Source: a virus
Taxonomy: Duplodnaviria; Caudoviricetes
Strand: one strand, 5' to 3'
IMG/VR virus record: IMGVR_UViG_3300017700_000931
Span: 96,001 to 160,000 of that record
DNA length: 64,000 nt
Below are positions 39,741 through 51,040 of this stretch, in pieces (within the stretch, counting starts at the first letter, position 1; the number at the start of each line of letters is the position of its first letter). Below the pieces are notes generated by a model, which worked only from the letters and a program-made list of their open reading frames with translations, did not search any database and had not been told where the DNA came from. The position numbers were made by a program, and so were the translations under genes.

Positions 39741-42700
39741 TTACACGATATAGTCCTTAATCCTAGAATCTTTATTCACATTAAATCCATTTGCATTCAA
39801 TGATTGAACTACATCAGTTATGTATTTGTTCGTTGAATTTTCACTAGGTGGTGCATACGTATACATGAATTGTTCAATAGTCATAGGAACCTTCTTACCA
39901 GCAATATTTCTAACACTTTGTGGCACCCCATATTTATTTTGGAATACTGTATCATTACCATTAGTTTTTGTTGCCGGATATCCACCATTAGACCATTGTA
40001 TGATTTTTTTCTCAACCAAAGCTCTAGTTCCAGTTTCCACCGAACTAAATTTAGCAAATGTTGGGCTCGATGCGGTCTCTAACGTAACATTCGGGTCAAT
40101 ATCTTTAAAATTAGTACCTGCTAGGTTTCCGGGGTTGTTGTTTCTTCTAGGTCTTGCATTCACATCTTTACTACCAAAACCTTCTTTTTGTGCAATAATC
40201 ATGGCTAATTGATGAACCATAGTTCCTTTATTATAACCCAACCCAACCAAAACCTCTGGTAATGTAGATAAATGGCCTACTGAACCAGCATCCGTTGGTC
40301 TAGTTTGTATTGTTTCATTACATACCATGAAACCATTTGCTTCATCGTCAGCAATTCTATCAGGTAAGTTAAATTGTAAATGGAAATGGTGGTGGTGACC
40401 ATCAGATTCTCTAACAATACCATCACTTCTATATTTATCCCTATTTTTATACTCAGTTTTAAAATATTGTTGAAGCACTGGGTCATTGAACCAAATCGCT
40501 TTAAATGGTTTATTCTTTTTCCATGCCGGATTTTTCAACGCTTCGTCTAAAATTAATTCCAACAATTGTTTTGTTGCTTCCCTATCGTATTTAGGATTTA
40601 AAGGTGTTGATGAACCATTTTTTGGGACATAATTACCACCAGAATCTTGTTTGTATTCAGCATAAACTTCAGTACTAGAATTTTCTTTATCAGTCCTAAC
40701 TTGTCTAATATCCGCTTCCAATCCATTTCTATGACCACTAGCGTGTCCCGCTTGTCTACCACCACCTTCTTTTGAAAAGTCATTATAATACAACGTATCA
40801 CCATTGGCTTTATCTTTATTAATGGTATACCATTGTTCACCAATAGATTCTATAAACTTACCGATTTCTGGTAAAGTATAATTCACAATATTACCACTCG
40901 ATAATTTATCAGTACTTTGTACTTTAATACCAATACCATTACTAGCTACAGCATAAGCAATACAACCAGCATATCCGGGCGCATCTTTACCACCTTTACG
41001 TGATGTAGTATTTCCACCACCTCCAGTTGTATTCACACTATCAACTGAATTACTTGATGATACTTCACCCAAATCAACACCATCAAATTCAACTTCGGAT
41101 AATGAACCAATTAAATTCATAAACACCGTAGATTTTTTTATCATAGGTGTTTTAGTTGCTCTAACCCTAACACCTTTGAAATTTGTGCTCATATGGTTAG
41201 GTTTAATCGTGTGCTTAACATGAATAATAGTATAAGCTCCAGCAAACATCGGTACGTTATCCAATTGGAAGTACATGAATGGTTGAATTTGAGCATTCCC
41301 TAATGAATCAATTACAGCACTATAAGACCTAGTTCTCCATACATTAAATAAGTTTTGACCAGCAGCTGATGGGTTATTTGGGCCACCTTTAGATGCTATT
41401 TCATCAATAATTTGTAATGATTCATCGGTTTCTGTAAATTCTTGTTGGTCAAGTTTAAAGTTTTTAAACATACTTTGATTCGAATCACCATAAGCTACCC
41501 TGAATGCAGGTATAATTGTACTACCTGATGTAAAATCTTCCGGCATACCAATATAATCATCCGTTATTTGGAAACCATCATCTTTATGTTTACTTTCAGT
41601 ACCAAGATTCAAATTTTTAGACCTCTCACCAATGTACATACAAATAAATTGTGGACCACTTGCAGTACTTGAAACATTAAATGGTTCTGGTTTAAATGCA
41701 GCTTGTACAGCATCTTCACTATTATAATTTATAAATGTTGGTAGTGGAATAAAATCGAAATTATTATCCGCTAATGTTCTGGCTAAATAATCATACATAC
41801 CAATATTATAATCCTCAATCATTTCGATAACCATGGCTATTGGGTTCACTAAGAATGAATCTCCAATGTCATTATATGCTCTATCGATGAATCTAAATGT
41901 ATCAATTAAATTAGTGCATTCTTCATCGTCAGTGCTATCTGGTGCTGGTGTTCCGCACAGTTCTAATTCACACCTAGAACCTGGTATCCACTTATCATAA
42001 ATTGATTTAATATTCTTGTATAAATTTAACTTAATGTCGTCAGCATCAATAGAATTGAATAACTCACGTTTAATACTTGTTTCCTCATCATCTAGTGTTT
42101 GTTTATCTTCAGTAACCAATCTTTGGTATTCTTCTGAAAACGCCAAAACATAATTAAGTAATTTATCTTGACTAAATCTAAATGGATGTGACGGTGAATC
42201 AACTTCTTGACCATTTTCAGCATTAGCCGCCCAAAGCCTCCAACTAGAATTAGCAACAATTCTCGTATCCAAAAAGAAACTAAATAAATCATTTTGAACA
42301 TTATTATCAGCACTACTATCTCTCATTTCAACAAAAAAGTTGAATGGAGTTCCATATCTTGCTTCCTTAGCAATTAATTTTGCATTAGCCGCTTTCGTAG
42401 CTATTGGTGCAGCAGATGCTGCAACACTAAGATATTGTTTTATTACTTGAGCTGGATGTGAAGTTAAACCTTGTAATAATTGAACTTCTGACCATTTAAT
42501 ATCCGGCGCAATAACAATATAGTTATCTGGTAATGCTGGATTTAATGGACTAGATGCCTCAGTGAATAAATTATTTGCATCATTAACTAATCTCTCACCC
42601 ATGGTTAACCACGCATTTATTCTTTCATCCTCAGTAACATTTGGTTTAAAAATTTCTAATTTATTTGCTAATAATCTAAATTTAGATTCATTACCATTAA

Positions 42701-45700
42701 CACCTTCTGTCCAAGCAAGAAATTCATCAATGAATACTTTTGCGACTGAATCAGGTAATCTTGTTAATGTTCTTTCTAATGGAATATACTTACGTTTTCC
42801 TTCAAATATTAAATTAATTGGACCATTAATTGGGTCAAATAAATCATTCAATGCATCTCTATCTACAACAAATCCCATAATTTCATTTGTTGCAACATTC
42901 GGTAATAAATACTCAGCCTTTGTTGGTGGTATTTGTCCTTCAGCATTTGGTATTAAAGAATACCCAGAATCGCTCACCCATTTTAGTGGGTCAGTTGCAG
43001 AACGGTACCTCCAAAGTAATGCACCAACAAATAATATCCACGGATATGGTGTTTTAATAAATCCAGCCCTTTGTGTAAAGAATAATTGGATTGTTTTTGT
43101 GAATAAACCAGTACCTCTTGATGCTTGACCAGTTCCTGAATCCACTTCCTCATCTGGACCTGCAACCTCATCGAAAATACTAAATAAACCTTCCCATGAA
43201 TTACCATATAGACCCCACCAGCCATCAATATCATAAGATAGTCCATCAAATGGAATGGAGTGTAAAAATAAAAATGCTTTGGCCTTATCATCTAATTGTT
43301 GATAATATAAATCACTACCAAATATTGGGAAGATGTGAGTTGTATTTCTAGTAAGTGCATCTTCAGTACCAGTTGCACTAGATTGATTGTATAATTCAAA
43401 ACCTAAATAAGTACAAGCAACATTCCTAACACCATCACGATAATCACTTAAAACACGCTTAGTGCTACCCCAATATTCATCCTTTCTATGTTCTTCAAAT
43501 AAATTTCTTTGTTGACTAACACCAAATGCAACGCCATTCATATTTTGATAAACACCATTCACTTTTTTAATATCGTAAATACTAGGTTGTTCACTTAAAT
43601 CAGCATTAATACTTCTTGCGGCACCAAAGCAAGGTCTATCACTACTTGTGTTAGAATAAAATAATAATTCTACTGGCGCAACTTCACTATTACCAATATA
43701 TTTTCCTTCTGGCATTTTAGCATAGAAAAATTCGTGGGTTTTCCATGCACCACCAAACATACTACTGTATAATGAAAAATTAGTAATTAAATCCGAAATA
43801 TTCGTTAAATCAATTACATTATCTTTAACTGGAATAGTTTCCAATATTGCTTCAGAATAATCAGGAAATCTACCATTTGGTGGATTATAATCTTGGTTTT
43901 TAATGATTCTAACTGTCGTTGCACCATCATCCGGTTTAGCTTTACCAGCTGTTGTATTACCACCTAAATAACTACCAAAGAAAACATATCCATTATCTCT
44001 AAGTGCTATTCTATCGGAATTATTGGCATAATTTGCACTATCTAATGTAGCTGGTAATCCATCCTTGGTGATTAATTTATTACCTGTGAAAAATGTCTTA
44101 TCATTTTCAGCACTTGAAAGAGGTAAATACCAAACAACTTGTGAACCAAATATTGGTGAACTAACAATTGCATTATCATTAGCTGGTGATAATGCTGGAA
44201 TGTATTTGTAATCAACTAAGGTTGTTTGGCCATAAGTATTTTCTAATTCAGGACCAGTAAGACCAACTAAACCTAAAGGTAGACTAACCGCAATTATCGC
44301 AATATCAAATAAGATATTACTAACACTGGCTTGCTCAAAGGTATAACTACCAAATATTTTATTTTTATTGAAAAAACTAGCATTATTAATCCATTTATCA
44401 TAACCAGTACTAGTTGTTGTATAACCCGCTTTAGTTAGGATATCATTTGCCATAGAATTGGCATCACCGCCATAATTGTAAGCAATATTATGTCGTATTG
44501 CAACAGTATCAATATTATTAAAAGCATTATTTGCTTCTAATTTAGCGATTGCTTTAACCTCATCCAATGTGAAACCTTCAGTCTCACTTAATCCGGCGTG
44601 ATATGAATAACCTAAAGCTATTGTTGCTCTAAGTAACATATGTCTAATTATTTCATCAGGGTCATTTGAATTTTTAAATGCTGCCCATGGATTAACAAAT
44701 CCGGTCATAATTGTTGTATCAAACGGATTGATTGGGAACCAGAATTCTTCACCGTATTCTAACGCTTCTAATAATTCATTATCCTTTTTCTTAGCGTTTA
44801 TAAGACCTTCTAATAATTGTTCAATGAAATCTACCTCCGGCATGCTTGGAGCTTTGGTACCTATCCATTTATCTTCATATGCACCGAAACCACCACTACT
44901 TTTATCATAATTCTTTTCTTTGTAATCTGGGAATGGTAAAACTTCATTTATGTCACCAGTATCATCACTATCAGTTCCACCGTCTTTTAATTCATAAACC
45001 CTATCAGTCGTTAAATTTCTAAATTGACTTTTCCTTACCTTATCACTAATATTTTGTTGTACTTCTCCAGCAACTTCTTTTATACATTTCATGAAGATGT
45101 GTACGTGCTCAGTTAAAAGTCTAACCATATTTTTTATGGTTGGGCTGAATTTAATTGTAACCGGATTTCCATTTTCATCTAATGTTGTAACTTGAAAAAT
45201 AGTTTCTATTTTATCAACCAATTCATTGGATAATAATTCTTTTGTTTTTTTTGAGTAATTAGTCAATCTAACACCAACATCATTCAATTCATCTAAAGCA
45301 TATCTCAAATCAATATAACCTAATTCAGTGCTATCAGCAATTTTACTACCCAATAATTCAATATCGAATCTAAAATCTTCATAATATTCTGCACTTTTTT
45401 CTGATATAGAACGAACTGTTCTAAGTTGGTAAATAACTGGATTGCCGAATGAATCTTCAGTGGTAAATGTTTTACCATTATTACTAATATATTGACCAAT
45501 TTCAATTGCTGAAGTAAAATCAATTCTTCTAATTTCATAATCACTGTTTTTACCAGCTTCTATTCTATATGAATCAGAATTGACCGAAAATTCAGGATAT
45601 TCTGTGTTGAATGCTATTACCTTATCAACAAATAATTTGTTGAAATCTTGCGTGATAGCACGAGTAATATTATCTAAATTTATTTTATTAGTAGGTTTTC

Positions 45701-46610
45701 TAAACATCACAAATCCACCTTTATAAAGTAGATTCATCGATTCATTAGTGGTTACATCTCTTTCATTACCGATGTTTCTCAAGAATTTTCTAATATCTTC
45801 TTTAAGTGCATCAACTTTAATGATTCCGGCTTCTGATTTTGCTAATTGTTGAATTCTTTCATCACTGTGTTTCAACTTTTCAATTTCAGTATTCAATGTT
45901 TTAATCTTTTCGTTAAATTCATTCATACCAAAAAAAGCTTGCGGTGGGTCATAACTAGCAAATTTTACCTTAGCAGCAGCAATTTTATCCCTAGCGATAT
46001 CTGTTTCAGCAATACCTCTAAGATAACCCATCAACATATCAGCTAAGAACGCATAAGTATACCCGATGAAATCACATTGAATTTCAAAATTACCAGTAGT
46101 ATCATTTAATTTACCACTAAATTTGGTTAAATGTAAACAATATTTAACTGCTTTACCATAATAGCCTTTAATTGTTAATTCAAATATTGGGTACGGCATA
46201 TTAAAAAATACACTATAAGGTGATTCATTACCCATTTCAAATAACTTACCTCTAATATCAGTAAAATCAATTGTAACCATGGGTGCGTATGAGGTGTTAA
46301 AATCAATATCAATTGATGTAATACCTAGTGTTTCTAAATCAGGATTTGCTTGATTAAATTTAGTGTTTATTTCAGTATAATGTGTGGTAAGTTCATTCCT
46401 ACCATCACCATCAGTATCCGTTCCTTTAAGAAATTTAATTGGTATTTTAGTACCACCCTTTTGAAAACCAGTAACTTTTTCTGAATCATCACGATTAATT
46501 GCTGACCTATCTTTTTTTGTTGTAACTAATTCAACAAAAATACTTAAATCTTCGTGATTTATTACATCTTGACCCTTTGGATTTGGGTCAACGAGTTTCA
46601 TTCTACCCAT
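39741..46610 (-). CDS. Baseplate hub-like mega-protein with C-terminal LAS-type (MepA/M15-like) endopeptidase and RNNNPGN-type lysozyme-like domain
   Basis: GHASGHRNGLEADIR...HHHHFHLQF fits H-x6-D and H-x-H; RNNNPGNL...FAKF...TYAPPSENST..YI; follows the LysM/gpX gene as hub genes do. Confidence 0.75.
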   Translation of the reverse strand: MGRMKLVDPNPKGQDVINHEDLSIFVELVTTKKDRSAINRDDSEKVTGFQKGGTKIPIKFLKGTDTDGDGRNELTTHYTEINTKFNQANPDLETLGITSIDIDFNTSYAPMVTIDFTDIRGKLFEMGNESPYSVFFNMPYPIFELTIKGYYGKAVKYCLHLTKFSGKLNDTTGNFEIQCDFIGYTYAFLADMLMGYLRGIAETDIARDKIAAAKVKFASYDPPQAFFGMNEFNEKIKTLNTEIEKLKHSDERIQQLAKSEAGIIKVDALKEDIRKFLRNIGNERDVTTNESMNLLYKGGFVMFRKPTNKINLDNITRAITQDFNKLFVDKVIAFNTEYPEFSVNSDSYRIEAGKNSDYEIRRIDFTSAIEIGQYISNNGKTFTTEDSFGNPVIYQLRTVRSISEKSAEYYEDFRFDIELLGSKIADSTELGYIDLRYALDELNDVGVRLTNYSKKTKELLSNELVDKIETIFQVTTLDENGNPVTIKFSPTIKNMVRLLTEHVHIFMKCIKEVAGEVQQNISDKVRKSQFRNLTTDRVYELKDGGTDSDDTGDINEVLPFPDYKEKNYDKSSGGFGAYEDKWIGTKAPSMPEVDFIEQLLEGLINAKKKDNELLEALEYGEEFWFPINPFDTTIMTGFVNPWAAFKNSNDPDEIIRHMLLRATIALGYSYHAGLSETEGFTLDEVKAIAKLEANNAFNNIDTVAIRHNIAYNYGGDANSMANDILTKAGYTTTSTGYDKWINNASFFNKNKIFGSYTFEQASVSNILFDIAIIAVSLPLGLVGLTGPELENTYGQTTLVDYKYIPALSPANDNAIVSSPIFGSQVVWYLPLSSAENDKTFFTGNKLITKDGLPATLDSANYANNSDRIALRDNGYVFFGSYLGGNTTAGKAKPDDGATTVRIIKNQDYNPPNGRFPDYSEAILETIPVKDNVIDLTNISDLITNFSLYSSMFGGAWKTHEFFYAKMPEGKYIGNSEVAPVELLFYSNTSSDRPCFGAARSINADLSEQPSIYDIKKVNGVYQNMNGVAFGVSQQRNLFEEHRKDEYWGSTKRVLSDYRDGVRNVACTYLGFELYNQSSATGTEDALTRNTTHIFPIFGSDLYYQQLDDKAKAFLFLHSIPFDGLSYDIDGWWGLYGNSWEGLFSIFDEVAGPDEEVDSGTGQASRGTGLFTKTIQLFFTQRAGFIKTPYPWILFVGALLWRYRSATDPLKWVSDSGYSLIPNAEGQIPPTKAEYLLPNVATNEIMGFVVDRDALNDLFDPINGPINLIFEGKRKYIPLERTLTRLPDSVAKVFIDEFLAWTEGVNGNESKFRLLANKLEIFKPNVTEDERINAWLTMGERLVNDANNLFTEASSPLNPALPDNYIVIAPDIKWSEVQLLQGLTSHPAQVIKQYLSVAASAAPIATKAANAKLIAKEARYGTPFNFFVEMRDSSADNNVQNDLFSFFLDTRIVANSSWRLWAANAENGQEVDSPSHPFRFSQDKLLNYVLAFSEEYQRLVTEDKQTLDDEETSIKRELFNSIDADDIKLNLYKNIKSIYDKWIPGSRCELELCGTPAPDSTDDEECTNLIDTFRFIDRAYNDIGDSFLVNPIAMVIEMIEDYNIGMYDYLARTLADNNFDFIPLPTFINYNSEDAVQAAFKPEPFNVSSTASGPQFICMYIGERSKNLNLGTESKHKDDGFQITDDYIGMPEDFTSGSTIIPAFRVAYGDSNQSMFKNFKLDQQEFTETDESLQIIDEIASKGGPNNPSAAGQNLFNVWRTRSYSAVIDSLGNAQIQPFMYFQLDNVPMFAGAYTIIHVKHTIKPNHMSTNFKGVRVRATKTPMIKKSTVFMNLIGSLSEVEFDGVDLGEVSSSNSVDSVNTTGGGGNTTSRKGGKDAPGYAGCIAYAVASNGIGIKVQSTDKLSSGNIVNYTLPEIGKFIESIGEQWYTINKDKANGDTLYYNDFSKEGGGRQAGHASGHRNGLEADIRQVRTDKENSSTEVYAEYKQDSGGNYVPKNGSSTPLNPKYDREATKQLLELILDEALKNPAWKKNKPFKAIWFNDPVLQQYFKTEYKNRDKYRSDGIVRESDGHHHHFHLQFNLPDRIADDEANGFMVCNETIQTRPTDAGSVGHLSTLPEVLVGLGYNKGTMVHQLAMIIAQKEGFGSKDVNARPRRNNNPGNLAGTNFKDIDPNVTLETASSPTFAKFSSVETGTRALVEKKIIQWSNGGYPATKTNGNDTVFQNKYGVPQSVRNIAGKKVPMTIEQFMYTYAPPSENSTNKYITDVVQSLNANGFNVNKDSRIKDYIV

Positions 46611-46625
46611 AATATTTTTTTATAA

Positions 46626-46946
46626 CTATTCTCCGTAGAGTAATATATGTCTTTCAACTTCTTTATTATACCTATCAATCGCATCTTTAAATGGAAATGG
46701 TATCCTTATAACTTCACCGTTTGGAATCTCCCATTCCAAACCACCAAATTTTGGATTCGCTACCATTATTAACCAACCATGATATGGGTTACCATAATAC
46801 TCTTGTGACAATTTGTCAAGTCTTGTGTGACCTAATTTATAAACAACTGATTTATCTTCACCACTTGTGTTAATTATGATACCCGGTATCGGTCTGATAC
46901 TCCCATTCTCTTTAAACCTTTGATATCTATCGTAATATTCAGCCAT
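46626..46946 (-). CDS. LysM/P2 gpX/T4 gp53-like baseplate protein
   Basis: TRLDKLSQEYYGNPYHGWLIMVANP...IPNGEVIRIP. Confidence 0.85.
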   Translation of the reverse strand: MAEYYDRYQRFKENGSIRPIPGIIINTSGEDKSVVYKLGHTRLDKLSQEYYGNPYHGWLIMVANPKFGGLEWEIPNGEVIRIPFPFKDAIDRYNKEVERHILLYGE

Positions 46947-46960
46947 TATTATTTAATTTT

Positions 46961-49900
46961 TTAAACATTTAATTTTGGTGCACTATCACCCCATCGTTCC
47001 CATCCGGTATTAATTATTTCAATATTTGTTTTACACATTGGTGTTCCACCAACATAAATTGATAAATGATATTTACCTTCGGTTAATCCTACAACACCTT
47101 GTCCATTAACTAATCCTTCCTGACCAATTGTTATCCCACCATTTATTAATGAAAATTGTCTCAGTTTCGTATCTGCAACAACAAGTTCTTCATAATGGAA
47201 TGGTGTTGTTATACCATCAAGTGATATTTTTACACCAGCATTAAAATATGCATTAACTTCATCATCACTTGGGATGAATTGACCATCAGAATCAAGGAAA
47301 TTAACACTTGCTGCTTCAATTAATACAGTCCAAGATTGTTTATCCTTATTAGCATGTGGCCTAGTCAATACATGTTTGAAACCTGTAATTGTTAATTCTT
47401 GTGTATTAGAACCTTCTTCATCAGTTTGAACAGATGAAGTTTCAATTTCTGACCTCACCTCTTGATTAACTTCATCTTGAGGTAAATTACTAATTCCAGA
47501 TGATAAACCATAAATATTATTAAATCCTTCAGGTGGATTATCAAAATTATTTGGGTTAGCACCATTTACTAAAACGTAGTCTCTAGGATTACCATTCGCA
47601 TCAACATCAGTAGGTCCAGCTTTTTTGATATGGTCAGCTCTTTCATCGTAAATTTCAGTATTCGCAAAGAAATTAAATGATACAGCGTTTTGTAATCTAT
47701 TTATTGGTCCTTGTAAACTAGAACCACCAATAAATTTGAATGACATATCAACAGTACATATCATTGGTTGAACACCAACACCTTCTGGATTTAAATCCCA
47801 AACTAATGGGTCAAAAGAAAATGATATGTTATCAATAATAATTTTACTATGGTAGAAATCACCCACACGTAAAATACATACTGGTGGTGTTCCAAAAGCT
47901 AAATTAGTTGGTACACCTTCCCTGATTGTTGGTCCTTGTCTTGTACATTGTTGAAGGAAATTTAATCTAGAGTTAAATCCTTCTGGTGTAATAGAATGGA
48001 ATGCTGGGTGAAAATATTTCACTTTCTCTTTTATTGAAGAATAAATAAATTTATCCTCTTGTTCAATCTTTTGAAAATAACTACATTCATTAAAATATCT
48101 TTTTCTGATATCTAATGATAAATCAGCAACAGGTTGTTGAACAATTGGTGGTGCCGCAGCAGCTAATTTTTCATCTAATATTGGGTCGTAAGTAAATGAT
48201 ACTTGTGTGAATCTAGATTGTTTTTTACAAATAGTATCAACCTCACCAATAACACTACCATCAGGATTTATAACTTTAGCCGGACAACCAGTATTACCTT
48301 CACCACGAATAAATTCAAATCTACTATCAACAATAGGGTCACCAGCCAATTTCAAAAGTGTTCTTAACGTATTAGCAACATGTTCGGCTCTATCATTTGA
48401 TAATCTTTGATTCGCATCAGCAGCTTCAGTTTGACCATCTTGACTAGCCCAACCACTTAAACTAACTCTACATGCTGGACATTTTTTGATTAAATATTCA
48501 ACTAGTGTTGGGAGATATGCGTTACCTTGCCACCCATCAAATGTTTGACCATCTAAAATTATTTTTTGACCTTGTGGACAATTACCACTAAGACAACTAT
48601 TCAAACCAAAATCTGTATTATCAGGATATGGATGAATACTACCATTAATGGCTGTTGTAATATAACCTTCATCAGCCATAATAGAGCCCACACCAACACC
48701 GTCACCATTTTCATAGTTAGTAGGAACAGATGTTACATCATTAGGGAAATAAACCTTAAATGGGTCTGGTGGAATTTGTGGTTGTACTTCAACTTCTGGA
48801 ACTTTAATTGCAGTAGATACCTCAATAACATCCTTTTCGACTTGAGTCATCTTACTACCAACAATAGAATCTAAATCCATACAACCAGCAGCTATACTAG
48901 CAAATACTTCATCACTAGCACCTGCATCTCTCAAATCATTAATGTATGTTGCATGGTCAATAATCATTTGCCATTGTAATGTTCCGGTTCTCTCTGTATT
49001 ATTGTAAGTATACATAGGTTCTCCTCTACCAATGAAATTAGTTGTATCCCAATTCACACTAGAATTATCAGTGAAATTCATACCATATGGTGGAAACCAC
49101 ATAATCCTACCACGAGTACCAGTCATTGGGTCGCCCGGACCTTTTTCACAATTAGGTAAAAATGGTTGAAATCCATTCCATGCTAAGTTTTCGATTGAAA
49201 ACATGAAACGTTTTATTTTTGTTTCTTTGAAATCATCCGCAAAATCACCATCACCAACAATTGGTGCTATTCTAACAAATCCGTTATCATCTAATACAGA
49301 ATTGTGAATATTATTCCTTATTGTTGAGCCAGCATTACTATGTAATCCAGAATTTTTTTGTAAATCAAGTACTTGACTATATCTATCAAATGTTGTCCAC
49401 GTTCTACAGAAAATATCTTCACTAGTTAAATTTTCTGCACTAGCATTTGGTTGTAAGGCTGTTTGGGTAAGCACACCACTACCTTTTGAAATATGATTGA
49501 AATAAACTGAATTTTGAATTTCACTTTTAACTTGACCACCAACAGCTCTACCAGAGGTTAGTGTTCTCATTTTGTTGGTTTTAAATAATTGTTGTGTTTT
49601 ATACAATAAACTTTTTGGTTCAGTGAATTTATCAGTAGGGAATATTCTTTTACCAGGTTTGTTGTTATTATTATCACCCCAAATATATTTGTTTACAAAA
49701 CTTCCATCTTCCCCGTATTCAAACACATTGTCATTAGGTCCAATACCAAAATCATTTGCAAATGACCCATCAATTTCTGATGTTATCTTACCATAAGTGT
49801 TTTCAAATTGAGTTTCATTAATAGCGTTTACTGCATCAATAGTGAAAGCCGGATTAGGAATGCCATTTATAAATGGCTCATTAGCACTATTCACAACTGG

Positions 49901-50968
49901 TGGGGCCGTATTCAATAAATCTAGGATTCTACCTCTTTCAGCTGATTCAAAAGCATATAATTGACCATTAGTTCCTGTATCACCCTTAACTACGCTAAGT
50001 TTTTTTCTACTATCATCAATCGTTGGTTTATATTTGTTCTGATTAAGATTATTAATCATAGCAAGCACTTGACCAACACCAGTGTTAGCCACCATAGAAT
50101 TAACTCGACTGATATTATCAATCGGGTTTTCTGATGAGAAAATTGATGATGATTGGTCTAACAAACTCACTGGTGCTTGAAAACCTAAAACCTTAGCACC
50201 AAAGTCTATTACGTTACTTAGTTGTCCCTTCGTTACTGTAATACTGTAGTTCGGAACATAAATATTATTACCTTGTAGAAGACTAAGTGGATTCAAATTT
50301 ATACTTCCAAGAGTTTCTTGAATTAAACCAAAGGCCGCATTATAACCAAAATGTTTTACTAATTGAGCATCAGCAATACTACCTAATTGAGAATCATTTC
50401 CAACAACACCAAGTTGTTGTGATACACCACCTAGGTTTACTGCATTCAACACAGTATCAAGGGTTCTTTGAGCTAAAGATTCTTTGAAATTATATACTCC
50501 ACCAGCAGTCGTAGACACCGATACAGTATTCAAATTTACCTTGTATAATAAATCCGCATCGAAATATTTGTTTTTCAACATTTGTTTTCTAGCGTCATCA
50601 GAATCAACATTAAATGGTGATGTAGGATTTTCCGAACCAATATTTTGTTGATAACTTAGTGGTTGTGTGCCCACTGGAAGGTTACCAATATTAATAATTG
50701 TATTTGTATTAATATCAATAACTTCATTACCATCCATTGATTTATATGGATTGGATAGAAGGTTTAAATCCCTATAAAATTGACCGTTAGTTACAATATT
50801 TTGAGATGCCTGAACAGCAACCGGAAGAGTTTCAATCTGTGCTTGTTGTCCAAGACCTACAGCCAATGAAGCTAAACCACTATTAGTTATTGAATCTGAT
50901 AAAATCAGATTCTTATTCAATAACCAATCTCTTAAATTTGGTGAAATATCGTTTATTCCATTTGGCAT
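46961..50968 (-). CDS. Baseplate/tail tube initiator-like protein (gp48/gp54-like) with inserted OmpA-like domain
   Basis: VNWDTTNFIGRGEPMYTYNNTERTG and PPVCILRVGD...PMICTVDMSF flank VYFPND...GWASQDG..NQRLSNDRAEHV. Confidence 0.7.
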   Translation of the reverse strand: MPNGINDISPNLRDWLLNKNLILSDSITNSGLASLAVGLGQQAQIETLPVAVQASQNIVTNGQFYRDLNLLSNPYKSMDGNEVIDINTNTIINIGNLPVGTQPLSYQQNIGSENPTSPFNVDSDDARKQMLKNKYFDADLLYKVNLNTVSVSTTAGGVYNFKESLAQRTLDTVLNAVNLGGVSQQLGVVGNDSQLGSIADAQLVKHFGYNAAFGLIQETLGSINLNPLSLLQGNNIYVPNYSITVTKGQLSNVIDFGAKVLGFQAPVSLLDQSSSIFSSENPIDNISRVNSMVANTGVGQVLAMINNLNQNKYKPTIDDSRKKLSVVKGDTGTNGQLYAFESAERGRILDLLNTAPPVVNSANEPFINGIPNPAFTIDAVNAINETQFENTYGKITSEIDGSFANDFGIGPNDNVFEYGEDGSFVNKYIWGDNNNNKPGKRIFPTDKFTEPKSLLYKTQQLFKTNKMRTLTSGRAVGGQVKSEIQNSVYFNHISKGSGVLTQTALQPNASAENLTSEDIFCRTWTTFDRYSQVLDLQKNSGLHSNAGSTIRNNIHNSVLDDNGFVRIAPIVGDGDFADDFKETKIKRFMFSIENLAWNGFQPFLPNCEKGPGDPMTGTRGRIMWFPPYGMNFTDNSSVNWDTTNFIGRGEPMYTYNNTERTGTLQWQMIIDHATYINDLRDAGASDEVFASIAAGCMDLDSIVGSKMTQVEKDVIEVSTAIKVPEVEVQPQIPPDPFKVYFPNDVTSVPTNYENGDGVGVGSIMADEGYITTAINGSIHPYPDNTDFGLNSCLSGNCPQGQKIILDGQTFDGWQGNAYLPTLVEYLIKKCPACRVSLSGWASQDGQTEAADANQRLSNDRAEHVANTLRTLLKLAGDPIVDSRFEFIRGEGNTGCPAKVINPDGSVIGEVDTICKKQSRFTQVSFTYDPILDEKLAAAAPPIVQQPVADLSLDIRKRYFNECSYFQKIEQEDKFIYSSIKEKVKYFHPAFHSITPEGFNSRLNFLQQCTRQGPTIREGVPTNLAFGTPPVCILRVGDFYHSKIIIDNISFSFDPLVWDLNPEGVGVQPMICTVDMSFKFIGGSSLQGPINRLQNAVSFNFFANTEIYDERADHIKKAGPTDVDANGNPRDYVLVNGANPNNFDNPPEGFNNIYGLSSGISNLPQDEVNQEVRSEIETSSVQTDEEGSNTQELTITGFKHVLTRPHANKDKQSWTVLIEAASVNFLDSDGQFIPSDDEVNAYFNAGVKISLDGITTPFHYEELVVADTKLRQFSLINGGITIGQEGLVNGQGVVGLTEGKYHLSIYVGGTPMCKTNIEIINTGWERWGDSAPKLNV

Positions 50969-50983
50969 ACTTAATCATTTCTA

Positions 50984-50991
50984 TATAAATA
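50984..50991 (-). promoter_or_regulatory. Putative late promoter TATTTATA
   Basis: 15 nt upstream of ATG 50968. Confidence 0.6.
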
Positions 50992-51040
50992 CCAATCTAA
51001 CAAGTTTTTGATTAAAATAAATAGGAGAAGTTGAAAACGA

